From: Thermodesulfobacteriota bacterium
GTDB lineage: Bacteria > Desulfobacterota_D > UBA1144 > Nemesobacterales > UBA2774
Assembly: GCA_965223335.1 (NCBI GenBank)
Contig: OZ244991.1
Location: 1,472,001-1,536,000 of the forward strand
Reading direction: 5' to 3'
Length of the DNA stretch: 64,000 nucleotides
The translations under genes were made by a program, and so were the position numbers. The first letter of the stretch is position 1. Each line of letters begins with the position of its first letter. Shown here one piece after another: positions 9,742 to 19,544 of the stretch. The notes below the pieces were generated by a model. That model did no database searches, was not told the origin of the DNA, and saw only the letters and a list, made by a program, of their open reading frames with translations.

Positions 9742-10206
9742 TTAGTTTAACTGGTTAGAAATTTGGTTGTAGTGGTAGTGGATACTCCACTTTATATCTT
9801 CCTCTAGAGCAAATACAGGCTCTATCTCGTACCCAGTGATGAATTTTAGGTTATCCATTAGTTCGTTATTAAGGGGGTCCCCGGTAGCAATGACCAGTGT
9901 TTTTCTTGATCCTACGGACTTTAATGCAATGGGAATAACATTGTATTTCTCTGCCGTTTTTTTATCAAGCAGCATCAGAGTATCATCCTCTATATTAAAT
10001 TTAAATAAATTAACACCTGAAACCCCAATCTGCTTGCCTAGCGAGTTTAGAAGGATATCTTCGTCAATGTATTGCAGGTCGAGCAATATCTTGCCGATTT
10101 TTTGGAATTGAAACTTTTCCCTTTTGAGATCGAGGGCGTACTCTAACTGTTCTTGGTTGATATAACCGTTCTCGATCAAGAGCTCGCCCAGGAGTTTTTT
10201 GCCCAC
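9742..10206 (-). CDS. Stand-alone MshEN / T2SSE-N domain protein
   Basis: LGELLIENGYI....L..AL and IGKILL...YI....L...L..Q tandem motif, then AEKYNVIP...LVIATGDPL as in the PilB/GspE N-terminus; no ATPase domain. Confidence 0.8.
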   Translation of the reverse strand: MGKKLLGELLIENGYINQEQLEYALDLKREKFQFQKIGKILLDLQYIDEDILLNSLGKQIGVSGVNLFKFNIEDDTLMLLDKKTAEKYNVIPIALKSVGSRKTLVIATGDPLNNELMDNLKFITGYEIEPVFALEEDIKWSIHYHYNQISNQLN

Positions 10207-10410
10207 TTGTTTTTTTAAGCTCCTATTCCTCTATATGTTATATAATATTACAAAATTGAGCAAAAATAAACCGGACAAAAGTAGGAATTTTTTACATCAT
10301 ATCGCCCAATGTGAACGCCTACATTAATACTTTAGTATTATGCCTAACACTAGCTATAAGATGGTAAAACGATTGACATGATGAATGCCCGTTAGTTAGA
10401 TTCTCTGTAT

Positions 10411-10956
10411 ATGGCAGATTCCCGCAAGACCAGACTTAAACAAATTCTCGTAGAGCAGTCCATCCTCAGGGGCGATTTCACCTTAGCATCCGGGAAAAAA
10501 AGCACTTACTATATAGACGCTAGAAAGACTACACTACACCCCGAAGGACTCAGTTTAATAGCCGATTTACTCCTAGGCGAGGTTAAAACCTTGCTCCCGG
10601 TAGATGCCGTTGGGGGACCTACTCTTGGAGCTGATCCGATCATCGGTGCAATGGTCGGCATGGCGCACGAGAGGGGGCTTGCCCTCGGGGGATTTATAGT
10701 GAGGAAGCAGGAGAAAACACACGGTACGGGGAAGCTGATCGAGGGCAATTTAGGGGAGGGTGATCAGGTTGTGATGGTGGAGGATGTGGTTACGTCGGGG
10801 GGGTCGGTCCTTAAGGCGATCGATGCTGTGAGTGCTCTGGGTGTGACTGTGAAAAAGCTATTGGTGGTTGTGGACAGGGAAGAGGGGGCCGAGATCAAGT
10901 TTCAAGAGATAGGTATACCGTTTTATTCAATATTTAAAATAAGCGACCTTCTATAG
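10411..10956 (+). CDS. pyrE: Orotate phosphoribosyltransferase
   Basis: GDFTLASGKKSTYYID, VRKQEKTHG, VEDVVTSGGS PRPP motif. Confidence 0.95.
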   Translation: MADSRKTRLKQILVEQSILRGDFTLASGKKSTYYIDARKTTLHPEGLSLIADLLLGEVKTLLPVDAVGGPTLGADPIIGAMVGMAHERGLALGGFIVRKQEKTHGTGKLIEGNLGEGDQVVMVEDVVTSGGSVLKAIDAVSALGVTVKKLLVVVDREEGAEIKFQEIGIPFYSIFKISDLL

Positions 10957-10962
10957 ATTGGT

Positions 10963-12363
10963 CTAAGTGTTTAGTGTAACCCCGTTTGTTGGTACCGTGA
11001 TGTCGTATTCCTCCAGTTTCCTCCTGAGCGTAAGGCGGTTTATACCCAGCACTCTTGCGGCTTTTGACCTGTTCCCCCCACATGCCTCGAGTGCCTCTTT
11101 TAGCAATATGGTTTCAGTTTCTTTCACTAGCTTATTATAAATATTCCCCTGCTCGCCATATTGGATCATCTCTTTTGCCGTGTGACGCAGAACGCTTGGC
11201 AAATTGGTCGGATTATTATCATTATATGCAAACGCGCTCTTATCTATGTCGATATCATAGGATGTAAGGTAGGGGGTTTTAGCGAATGTGATGGCTTTTC
11301 TGATCTTATTTTCGAGTTCTCTCACGTTGCCTGGCCAATCATAATCCAAGAGTCTGTTGATAAACTCTCTTGTGGCTCCCTTGATGTCTTTGCCCATACC
11401 TTTGCTGTGGCGGTTAGTGAAACATTCCATCAACAGAGGTATGTCCTCGCGACGGTCTTTAAGCGCAGGTAGGTGGATCTTGACCACATTAAGCCTAAAG
11501 TACAGGTCTTCTCTAAACCTCCCGGACTCGACCAGTTGTTCCAGGTCCTTATTTGTAGCTGTGATAATCCTTATGTCTACGGTGATTTCTTTGTTGCTGC
11601 CCAGTCGATGGAACGTCCCGCTCTGAAGCACCCTAAGCACCTTTGCCTGGAGCGATAGCGGCATGTCCCCGATCTCATCCAAAAATATTATGCCCCCCTC
11701 GGCCTCTTCGAATTTTCCTATCCTCGGTGTGGCCGCGCCCGTAAATGCCCCCTTCTCGTATCCGAACAACTCGGCTTCCAAAAGGGTCTCGGGAATAGCG
11801 GCACAGTTAAGCACCACAAAGGGTTTTTCCCACCTTGTACTCACCTTCCATATGGACTCGGCTACAAGCTCTTTCCCCGTACCGCTAGCACCGGTGATCA
11901 CCACGGGGACATCCACTTGGCCCACCTGGCCTACAAGCTTGCATACATCCTGGAGCATGGGGGAGTCGCCCACTATGGCACATGTGACGTTGGTTCTGAC
12001 GGTATCACCCGAAAACATCACTAGATCATGGGAGATCTCGTCTAGAATCCCGAGTGCTCTTTGAACCGAATCTTTCAGATTGGAGTTCTCAAATGGCTTC
12101 ACAATACAGTCGAAGGCCCCGAATGTGGTGGATTCGATTAGATACCGTGCACCCTTTTCCTCGGTTATCGTGATCACTATGTTGTTGTCTTTTAGTTTGC
12201 CGAGCGGGGCGGTGCCCTTGGTATCCAGGTCGAGTATAACTACGTTTTGATCCTCTGTGTTCTCGGCATTCTCAAACTCCACAACCTCTATCGACTCAAG
12301 GGAGTTTTCAATTCTTTTTCCTAACTCTTTATCTTCCGTGTATAGTAAAACACTCCGTGTCAT
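10963..12363 (-). CDS. Sigma54-dependent transcriptional activator (bEBP) with atypical receiver domain
   Basis: [32 protein letters not shown], Fis HTH; shortened REC-like N-terminus. Confidence 0.9.
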   Translation of the reverse strand: MTRSVLLYTEDKELGKRIENSLESIEVVEFENAENTEDQNVVILDLDTKGTAPLGKLKDNNIVITITEEKGARYLIESTTFGAFDCIVKPFENSNLKDSVQRALGILDEISHDLVMFSGDTVRTNVTCAIVGDSPMLQDVCKLVGQVGQVDVPVVITGASGTGKELVAESIWKVSTRWEKPFVVLNCAAIPETLLEAELFGYEKGAFTGAATPRIGKFEEAEGGIIFLDEIGDMPLSLQAKVLRVLQSGTFHRLGSNKEITVDIRIITATNKDLEQLVESGRFREDLYFRLNVVKIHLPALKDRREDIPLLMECFTNRHSKGMGKDIKGATREFINRLLDYDWPGNVRELENKIRKAITFAKTPYLTSYDIDIDKSAFAYNDNNPTNLPSVLRHTAKEMIQYGEQGNIYNKLVKETETILLKEALEACGGNRSKAARVLGINRLTLRRKLEEYDITVPTNGVTLNT

Positions 12364-12475
12364 CTGTTACCTACCCTAAAATATGTAACAAAAATATACA
12401 GACTGGTTACAAACGAATCAAGCTTGGATTTTTTGTGGAGTTATAAACCCTTTTATTCACATGACTATTTATTGA

Positions 12476-12491
12476 TGGCATATTTTTTGCA
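12476..12491 (+). promoter_or_regulatory. Sigma54 (-24/-12) promoter of the PiT transporter-cysH unit
   Basis: TGGCATATTTTTTGCA has exact GG-N10-GC spacing; lies 57 nt before the ATG, with a divergent bEBP next to it. Confidence 0.75.
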
Positions 12492-12548
12492 TCATTATGA
12501 TCCAATTTTTATCAAATATATATAAATTATGATTTTTGATGTGTCGAG

Positions 12549-13562
12549 ATGGATTTAATATTACCCATATCTATAGCTCTAGCTGCTTTCCTTGCGCTTA
12601 ACATAGGTGCCAATAACTCTGCTGCTTCGATGGCGACAGCCTATGGCGCGGGTGTTAGGACTAAGCGCGAAGCTACCATAATAATTGCAGTATTTGCGCT
12701 GCTGGGTGCCATAATTGCGGGTGCCCCTGTTGTAAACACCCTGGGCAAGGGACTGGTCCCGGGAGAGATCCTGTCCCAACATGTGGGGCTTGTGCTCGTA
12801 ATATTTTTTATAGCAATTGTCTTCGTGTCGTGGGCAAATGTAGCTAGGGTGCCTATCGCGACTACCCATGCGATAGTGTGTGCCATTGCAGGGGTGGGAC
12901 TATATGCAAAATCACTCCATACCGATAAATTTATAGAGATATTGATCTGGTGGGTAAGCGCTCCGCTGGTGGCTTGGGTTATAAATTTTCTTGTGGCAAA
13001 GTACCTGTATTTTAGGACTCTTAAGTATCTTACTGACCGTTATGACGAGCAGGTTATAAACAGGGTTCTTACAGTGCTTATTACGATTTCGGGGACCTTC
13101 TTGGCGTTCTCGGCGGGTGCCAACAACTCGGCAAATGCGGTGGGGCCTTTGGTGGGGCTTGGGCTCATCAATTCATTTTCTGGAGCCGTACTGGCCGGGA
13201 TAGCCATGGCCATCGGAGCTGTTCTTTTAGGGGGCAGGGTGCTCGAGACTGTGGGTAAGGAGATCACAGAGATATGTGTGCTTAGGGCGGTATCAGTTGA
13301 ATTCACGGGTGCGGGGCTTATATTGGCTGCATCTATTTTCGGCATACCGGTCTCTATAGCAGAGATAGTGACATCGGGTATAATAGGTTTTTCTTGCGCT
13401 CAGCAGGGTTTTGGTGAGACGGCTAAGAACCGCCATGTGGTACGGATTGCGTTTTTCTGGCTCATTATACCTATAGTTGCCATTGGAATGGGGTATTTTC
13501 TATCGTCACTGTATTTTGATTACGGTGTGTCAGCGTTTGTAAATAGGAGTATTAATTTTTAG
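12549..13562 (+). CDS. PiT-family anion transporter, probably a CysP-like sulfate permease
   Basis: Two GANN signature motifs, multiple TM segments, located directly upstream of cysH. Confidence 0.8.
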   Translation: MDLILPISIALAAFLALNIGANNSAASMATAYGAGVRTKREATIIIAVFALLGAIIAGAPVVNTLGKGLVPGEILSQHVGLVLVIFFIAIVFVSWANVARVPIATTHAIVCAIAGVGLYAKSLHTDKFIEILIWWVSAPLVAWVINFLVAKYLYFRTLKYLTDRYDEQVINRVLTVLITISGTFLAFSAGANNSANAVGPLVGLGLINSFSGAVLAGIAMAIGAVLLGGRVLETVGKEITEICVLRAVSVEFTGAGLILAASIFGIPVSIAEIVTSGIIGFSCAQQGFGETAKNRHVVRIAFFWLIIPIVAIGMGYFLSSLYFDYGVSAFVNRSINF

Positions 13563-13632
13563 TTTTCCACCGATTCCACGAGAGTATAAGAGAATCTGAA
13601 CACAGTTTTTATAATCGGAGCTAATACTGGGA

Positions 13633-14364
13633 ATGTATATACAAGGAACTGTAGATCGATTGAACCGCGATTTTAGCCATGCTACTCCCCAAGAGGTTCT
13701 AAAGTGGGCAATAGACGAGCTGCATCCTAATATAGCGCTTGCGTCGAGCTTTCAGGCCCAAGGTGTGGTGTTGATTGATATGCTGGTCAAGCTTAACCCC
13801 GAGGCTAGGGTGTTTAGCATCGATACGGGCCGCATGCATCAGGAAACCTACGATGTAATGGACGCTATACGATCCAGATACAATATCGATATCGAGGTCC
13901 TTTTCCCTGATCGCATCGAGGTCGAGGAGATGGTTAAAAGCAAGGGCATGAACCTGTTCTACAAAGGCAAGCAGCAGCGTTTTTTATGTTGTGAGATACG
14001 TAAGGTAAAACCTCTTAAAAGGTTCCTTGGGAACCTGGATGGTTGGATCACATCTATTCGCAAGGAACAGACCGAAAACCGCTCACACTCTGAGAAATTT
14101 GAGATCGATACGATCCACGGGGGCATTTTGAAAGTTAACCCTATTTTGGATTGGAAAGAAGAGCAGGTCTGGGATTACATAAGAGAGCACGACGTGCCCT
14201 ATAACAAACTGCATGATATGGGATACCCTAGTATTGGATGTATGCCGTGCACCAGGGCAGTCGAGCCCGGTGAGGACCCGCGTTCGGGCAGATGGTGGTG
14301 GGAGCAGGACTCTGACAAGGAATGCGGTATACACGTTGAGCATATCCCCCCTCCGAGCTCATAA
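13633..14364 (+). CDS. cysH: Adenosine 5'-phosphosulfate reductase ([4Fe-4S] type CysH)
   Basis: SSF, IDTG, CC-X~80-CxxC (FLCCEIRKV...SIGCMPCT), RSGRW and C-terminal ECGIH. Confidence 0.92.
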   Translation: MYIQGTVDRLNRDFSHATPQEVLKWAIDELHPNIALASSFQAQGVVLIDMLVKLNPEARVFSIDTGRMHQETYDVMDAIRSRYNIDIEVLFPDRIEVEEMVKSKGMNLFYKGKQQRFLCCEIRKVKPLKRFLGNLDGWITSIRKEQTENRSHSEKFEIDTIHGGILKVNPILDWKEEQVWDYIREHDVPYNKLHDMGYPSIGCMPCTRAVEPGEDPRSGRWWWEQDSDKECGIHVEHIPPPSS

Positions 14365-14455
14365 ACATCTGAGTTGTATTCAACATTAATTAGTTTACAT
14401 TGTATATAATAACTATCCGTTAAGGGGATATTTACTTATTCCTGTTGGAGGGCTT

Positions 14456-15136
14456 ATGTTCGCAGACCAAAGAAATTATAGTTATCCAATTACCATATAT
14501 ATGCTCGTGTTTTCGATGTTGATCGCAGCCGGGTGTCAGACGGCCTATTACGGGGCCATGGAGTCCCTCGGGTATCACAAAAGGCAGTTGCTGGTAGATA
14601 GGGTAGAGGACGCACGTGAGAGCCAGGAGGAGGCAAAGGAACAGTTCCGCTCGGCACTCGATACGTTTAGTGAGGTTGTGGGGTTTGAGGGAGGGAGTCT
14701 GCAGAAGAAATATGAGAGCCTCAATTCTGAGCTCGAGGACAGTGAGGCCAGGGCAAAAGAGGTGAGGGACAGGATAGATTCGGTAGAGAATGTTGCAGAG
14801 GCATTGTTCGATGAGTGGGAAGATGAACTCGGTCAGTATAGTGACGAGAAACTGCGAAGGGCAAGCCGCGAGAAACTCGATGAAACAAGGGTTAGCTACC
14901 AGAAATTAATAAGCGCCATGAAAAGGGCAGAGAAAAAGATGAAACCGGTATTGTCAGTGTTTAGAGACCAGGTGCTGTTTTTAAAGCATAACCTAAACGC
15001 ACAGGCAATTGCGTCGCTACAGGGGGAGCTTGTCTCTGTCGAGACCAACGTTGAGGCTCTTATAAGAGACATGGAAGAGTCTATAAAAGAGGCCGATATA
15101 TTCCTTAGCAATATGCAGGGCCAGCCGCAATCATAA
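14456..15136 (+). CDS. Coiled-coil lipoprotein, DUF2959-like
   Basis: Lipobox IAAGC, AYYGAME.LG.HKR.LLVDRVE.AR, LF.EWE.EL..Y, DQVLFLKHNLNA. Confidence 0.75.
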   Translation: MFADQRNYSYPITIYMLVFSMLIAAGCQTAYYGAMESLGYHKRQLLVDRVEDARESQEEAKEQFRSALDTFSEVVGFEGGSLQKKYESLNSELEDSEARAKEVRDRIDSVENVAEALFDEWEDELGQYSDEKLRRASREKLDETRVSYQKLISAMKRAEKKMKPVLSVFRDQVLFLKHNLNAQAIASLQGELVSVETNVEALIRDMEESIKEADIFLSNMQGQPQS

Positions 15137-15202
15137 CGCCCCGAATACACTTTAAATATTTTAGCTTGTTGTATTAGGGAAAGATCGTTGACAGCCGATT
15201 AA

Positions 15203-15658
15203 CTATTGGATGTTATCATCGGCTATTTCATCAAATGTAACCGGCAATGGCGAGGCGTGATGGACAACCATTTTCCACCCCTCGTCGGTTTTCTCAAAGA
15301 TGTTGGTAGATGTAGAGATATTCATGCTCACTGGGTCTCTCATGATATATTTAAGCTCTTGCACACAGGTTACCCATGCTGCATTACCCTTTATATCGAC
15401 GGATAAATTATGAAGCTTGATCTCGAGGCGGTCCTCGGGGTCAAACACATTTTCCCAGCTCTGCCTTATCGCTTCCCACCCCTGGAGCATTATCCATCCC
15501 GGATGCACGCATCCCGCTCTTTGATCCTTTATCCATATAGTGCCCATCAGATCAAGATCCCTTGAGCCCAGTGCGCGGTAAAATGTGTTGTTGATACGCA
15601 TGATCTGCTCTTTGTCCGATATCGATGATCCGCTCTCAGTAGGTTTATTCACTGACAT
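15203..15658 (-). CDS. NTF2/SnoaL-like domain protein
   Basis: N..FY.A....D...M..IW, CVHPGW..L.GW..IR.SW, TNIF......W.MV.HHAS; the ATG at 15658 is the more plausible start. Confidence 0.8.
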   Translation of the reverse strand: MSVNKPTESGSSISDKEQIMRINNTFYRALGSRDLDLMGTIWIKDQRAGCVHPGWIMLQGWEAIRQSWENVFDPEDRLEIKLHNLSVDIKGNAAWVTCVQELKYIMRDPVSMNISTSTNIFEKTDEGWKMVVHHASPLPVTFDEIADDNIQ

Positions 15659-15802
15659 AGTAGTTTTCGTATGTAATTTCAAGCTTTTGCGATCGAAATA
15701 TAGTGATCGCTTTTTATCCAAACTGTTTTATCACTTTAGTTGTACTCAATTGTATATCCATAACAACATCTACACCAGGAGCGTTTTAGAGGGAAGGGGT
15801 GG

Positions 15803-16708
15803 TTATCCGTCGTAGAGTGCGAGGTATGTGAGCACAGGTCTGGGGGAGTGTCCGGTTTCAGCTGGGGTAATAACTCGATCGGGGGCTATGAACTCAACCT
15901 CATATCCGTTTCTAATCAGTTCAACAATTGTTTTCGCCAGTCTGCTTATCTGATGTTCTAATTCGCTCTTGTTTTCATTTGGTTGAAACTCGATCCGTAC
16001 ACCCTGAGTTTCGTTATCTTCCATCTCCTTAATAATATGTGTACCGGTTTTTGCGGTTGCTTTCCAGTGTATGTATTTGGGGTTGTCGCCGTCTACGTAT
16101 TGGCGCAGTGTCCTGATGTTATCCCCTGTACCGGTTCTATTGCTCTCAATATCGCCTAATTTTTCGTTATACGATGAGGTCGTGTCGCGGCCCTCCTCGA
16201 GTTTCGGATAGACTAGGACTTCGTCTTTACCGAGATCTATCTTTATCCATTTTTTGAAGAATCCAAAGGGGAACCGTGTCGAGAGAATTGCTTCGGGCAC
16301 TGTGTTTATACCGCGTTTATTATAAAAAGCCTCTACATCGAGGGGTTTGGGTTTGTTGGGTGGCAGGTATGTTAAGTAGCCTTTTTTCTCAGCCATCTCG
16401 ACCGTAAGCGAGTACGAGGGAATAAAGGCCTTATCGTTAGTGAGCATGAACCTGTGTTTGGCGGGGGTAAGCGCAAACACATCACCTGTGGAGTGAAGTT
16501 CTACATTAATCCTCGAGAGATTAATCATAGAGACTATTCCCGAGGCGATGACAAAGCTTAGCATCATGCCGAATGTGAGGTAGAGGAGGTTATTGCCGGT
16601 ATTTATTGCGGCGAAACCTACGAATAGGCTTAGTGCCAGAAAGATTAGGCCTTCTTTCGTAGGGCTTGTCCTTGCCCAGTTATCTTTACCCAGTCTAAGT
16701 AAGCTCAT
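15803..16708 (-). CDS. DUF58 domain membrane protein
   Basis: N-terminal TM pair with AAINTGNNLLY, TRFPFG, LRQY..GD..K.IHWKATA; the ATG at 16708 avoids overlap with rseP. Confidence 0.8.
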   Translation of the reverse strand: MSLLRLGKDNWARTSPTKEGLIFLALSLFVGFAAINTGNNLLYLTFGMMLSFVIASGIVSMINLSRINVELHSTGDVFALTPAKHRFMLTNDKAFIPSYSLTVEMAEKKGYLTYLPPNKPKPLDVEAFYNKRGINTVPEAILSTRFPFGFFKKWIKIDLGKDEVLVYPKLEEGRDTTSSYNEKLGDIESNRTGTGDNIRTLRQYVDGDNPKYIHWKATAKTGTHIIKEMEDNETQGVRIEFQPNENKSELEHQISRLAKTIVELIRNGYEVEFIAPDRVITPAETGHSPRPVLTYLALYDG

Positions 16709-16781
16709 ATAGCATTTCGGGCAGAGGTGCAAAAACCTGCACTGTCTAGATAATATTATAATGCTTATTTTGCCGGTGCGT

Positions 16782-18383
16782 TTACCTAAAGACTTCCACA
16801 ACACGGCTAAGCGAGCTCATAATATCACCCTTTACCCTGGAGATGTCGTTGTAGATGGCCAAAAACATGATGAAGATCAGCACCGTAAGCCCTATCCTCT
16901 GGCTAATCTCCATAGTCCTTTGACTGAGAGGCTTTTTCTTTATCGACTCTAGTGTGAGGTAGAGGACATGACCGCCGTCCAGCATTGGTATCGGGAACAG
17001 GTTGATAATGGCCAGGTTTATACTTATAAAAGAAGTGAACTTAAGGAGTTGAGCTATTCCCCCCGCCGCAGCGCTGCCCGAGATCTTGGCTATAAGAATC
17101 GGGCCTGCAAGGCTCTTGCCAGCGGTCCCAAGCGCAATCTTACCTGTAACCAGTTTAAAGAGGAAGCCAAACAGCAAGACGGTGACCTCGATTATCATAT
17201 TGGCCGCCTCTATAATACCCTTTATTATGGACTCGAAGAACCCGTATTTCTTAACAATCTCTTCCGTAAAGGGTTCGATTCCGATCATCCCCTTACCTGT
17301 ATCGGCCGAGACTTGAGGTGTGATTTTAACCTCTTGCTCCACACCCCCTCTATTTACTATCATCAATATTTCGGTATCGGCGTTCTCCTTTATAATTGAA
17401 GACATATGCTGCCAGTCCCTTATGGCTGTATCGTTTATTTTTAGAATTTTATCGCCCTCTATAAGCCCGGCTGCTTCTGCGGGTGTCCCTGACATTGTGG
17501 CCCCTACTTTGGCATCCATCACCTCACCCAGTCCGATCGTTACTATGCCCTGCTCGGTCGCTTTGGTTTTCACCTGGAGCTCCATGGGGTTGCCGTCTCT
17601 TATAACACCAACGTTTATAAGCACATCGGGGTTTGTTTGTATCTCGAGAGTAACATCGCGCCAGTTATTTACCTTTTTGTTGTTGATATGTGTGATCAGG
17701 TCCCCTTTCAAAAATCCCGCAGCCGCAGCCTCTGTCTCGGACCCGATTATCCCGACCACGGGTTCTTTCTCCAGATACGCGGGCACATTTATGCCGATCA
17801 TAAAAACCAGCGGCAGGAATATAAACGGCAGTAAAAAGTTCATCATAGGTCCCGCTATTACTATGAGCAGTCTATGGAATATGGATTGGTTGGAGAACCC
17901 GCGGGGGTACTCTTTCTCGGAATAAATATCTCCGCCGGTAAAATCCTCTGGGGTGCTGTCTATAGTGATCTTCTTGTCGTCCCTCTCTATCTCAACCGGG
18001 TAGGTTTCTTCAGGGGTGCTTTGCAATTTGAATAGAAGCTTTTTCCATGTGGGGTATGACTTTAGGTCTACATTGCCTATTTTTGTGATACGGTCCCCCG
18101 ATTTAAAACCGGATTTATCGGCCCTCGTATCCGACTCAACACCGTCTATGATAAAATTGCCCTCTGTGCCCTCCCCGTACATCTTTACGTAGCCGCCTAG
18201 GGGCAGCATACAGACTAAGTATTCAGTCTCGCCGCGAGTGAAGCCAAACAGTTTTTTACCGAAGCCAAGCGAGAATTTCTCTACCCTCACCCCGCTCCAC
18301 TTTGCCAGCATAAAGTGTCCGAGTTCGTGAATGAACACCAAAATACCGATTACAAAAATAAATGCGATTATTGCTAATATCAT
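16782..18383 (-). CDS. rseP: RIP metalloprotease RseP with three PDZ-like domains
   Basis: HELGH, LPLGGYVKM, AGP..N, NLFPIPMLDGGH; follows dxr. Confidence 0.93.
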   Translation of the reverse strand: MILAIIAFIFVIGILVFIHELGHFMLAKWSGVRVEKFSLGFGKKLFGFTRGETEYLVCMLPLGGYVKMYGEGTEGNFIIDGVESDTRADKSGFKSGDRITKIGNVDLKSYPTWKKLLFKLQSTPEETYPVEIERDDKKITIDSTPEDFTGGDIYSEKEYPRGFSNQSIFHRLLIVIAGPMMNFLLPFIFLPLVFMIGINVPAYLEKEPVVGIIGSETEAAAAGFLKGDLITHINNKKVNNWRDVTLEIQTNPDVLINVGVIRDGNPMELQVKTKATEQGIVTIGLGEVMDAKVGATMSGTPAEAAGLIEGDKILKINDTAIRDWQHMSSIIKENADTEILMIVNRGGVEQEVKITPQVSADTGKGMIGIEPFTEEIVKKYGFFESIIKGIIEAANMIIEVTVLLFGFLFKLVTGKIALGTAGKSLAGPILIAKISGSAAAGGIAQLLKFTSFISINLAIINLFPIPMLDGGHVLYLTLESIKKKPLSQRTMEISQRIGLTVLIFIMFLAIYNDISRVKGDIMSSLSRVVEVFR

Positions 18384-18392
18384 TGAATTCTC

Positions 18393-19544
18393 CTAGTTTC
18401 TTATTATGCTACGAGCCTCGGCCCTGGCCCATTGGTCCGACTCTAGTACCTCGTCCAAACTCCTGCCAGCGAGTCGGTTGTGGGTGTCCATAACTTGCTC
18501 GACAGCGCTAATTATTTGGGGGAATTTGATTTCATTATTTAAAAAAGCCTCAACCGCTACTTCGTTAGCCCCATTCATTACCGCCGGCACTGTGCCTCCT
18601 TCATCAATCGACCTCATTGCAAGCCCGAGTGCTCGGAACCTGCTAGGGTCTGCTTGCTCAAAATGGAGGTCCCCAAACGTCTCAGGCGAGTTTTTGAACC
18701 CATTGAGCGCAATCCTCTGGGGATAGGCCAGCGCATATGATATGGGGATTCTCATATCGGGGATACTCATCTGTGAAATTATGGACCCGTCTATATATTC
18801 TACCATAGAATGCACGATGCTTTGCGGATGAATCCATACCGATAGTTTGTCGGAAGCGACTCCGAAAAGCCATTTTGCCTCTATAAGTTCGAATGCTTTG
18901 TTCATTAAGGTTGCCGAGTCAATTGTAATTTTTTTACCCATTTTCCATGTAGGGTGCGAAAGGGCGTCTTCTACAGTAACATCCTCTAGCTCCTGTGGGC
19001 TCTTACCGAGGAAAGGTCCTCCGGAAGCAGTTAGTATCAAGCGTTTAATATACTGGGCGCCTTGGGAGTTAATGGCCTGAAACAGAGCGCTGTGTTCGCT
19101 GTCCACGGGGATAATTTTGACCCCATTCGCAAGGGCCTCTTTGGTTAATATCTGGCCCGCTACCACCAAGGACTCTTTGTTGGCCAGTGCGATGTTTTTA
19201 CCTGCACGGATAGCCTCTAGGGTAGGTCTTAGCCCAGCGGCCCCCACCATTGCCGACACCACAGTGTCACTCTCGCCGTATGCGGCGACCTCGCAGGCCC
19301 CCGGTTCCCCAGAGTAGAGCTTGAAGTCGGGGTTTTTAAACTCATTGTATACAGCACTCATTGCTTCATCGTCTGCAACCGATACGACTTTGGGTTTATG
19401 CTTGGCGATCTGTTCATTTAGCAGAGCAGTGTTCTTCCCTGCGGCAAGTCCGAGTACTGAAAACAAGTCTGGGTGGTTGGAAATTACATCTAGGGTTTGT
19501 TGTCCGATAGATCCGGTGGATCCTAAAATAGTTATATATCTCAA
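18393..19544 (-). CDS. dxr: 1-deoxy-D-xylulose 5-phosphate reductoisomerase
   Basis: ILGSTGSIG, LANKESLV, PVDSEH, LTASGGPF, HPTWKMG.KITIDSATLMNK. Confidence 0.97.
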   Translation of the reverse strand: MRYITILGSTGSIGQQTLDVISNHPDLFSVLGLAAGKNTALLNEQIAKHKPKVVSVADDEAMSAVYNEFKNPDFKLYSGEPGACEVAAYGESDTVVSAMVGAAGLRPTLEAIRAGKNIALANKESLVVAGQILTKEALANGVKIIPVDSEHSALFQAINSQGAQYIKRLILTASGGPFLGKSPQELEDVTVEDALSHPTWKMGKKITIDSATLMNKAFELIEAKWLFGVASDKLSVWIHPQSIVHSMVEYIDGSIISQMSIPDMRIPISYALAYPQRIALNGFKNSPETFGDLHFEQADPSRFRALGLAMRSIDEGGTVPAVMNGANEVAVEAFLNNEIKFPQIISAVEQVMDTHNRLAGRSLDEVLESDQWARAEARSIIRN

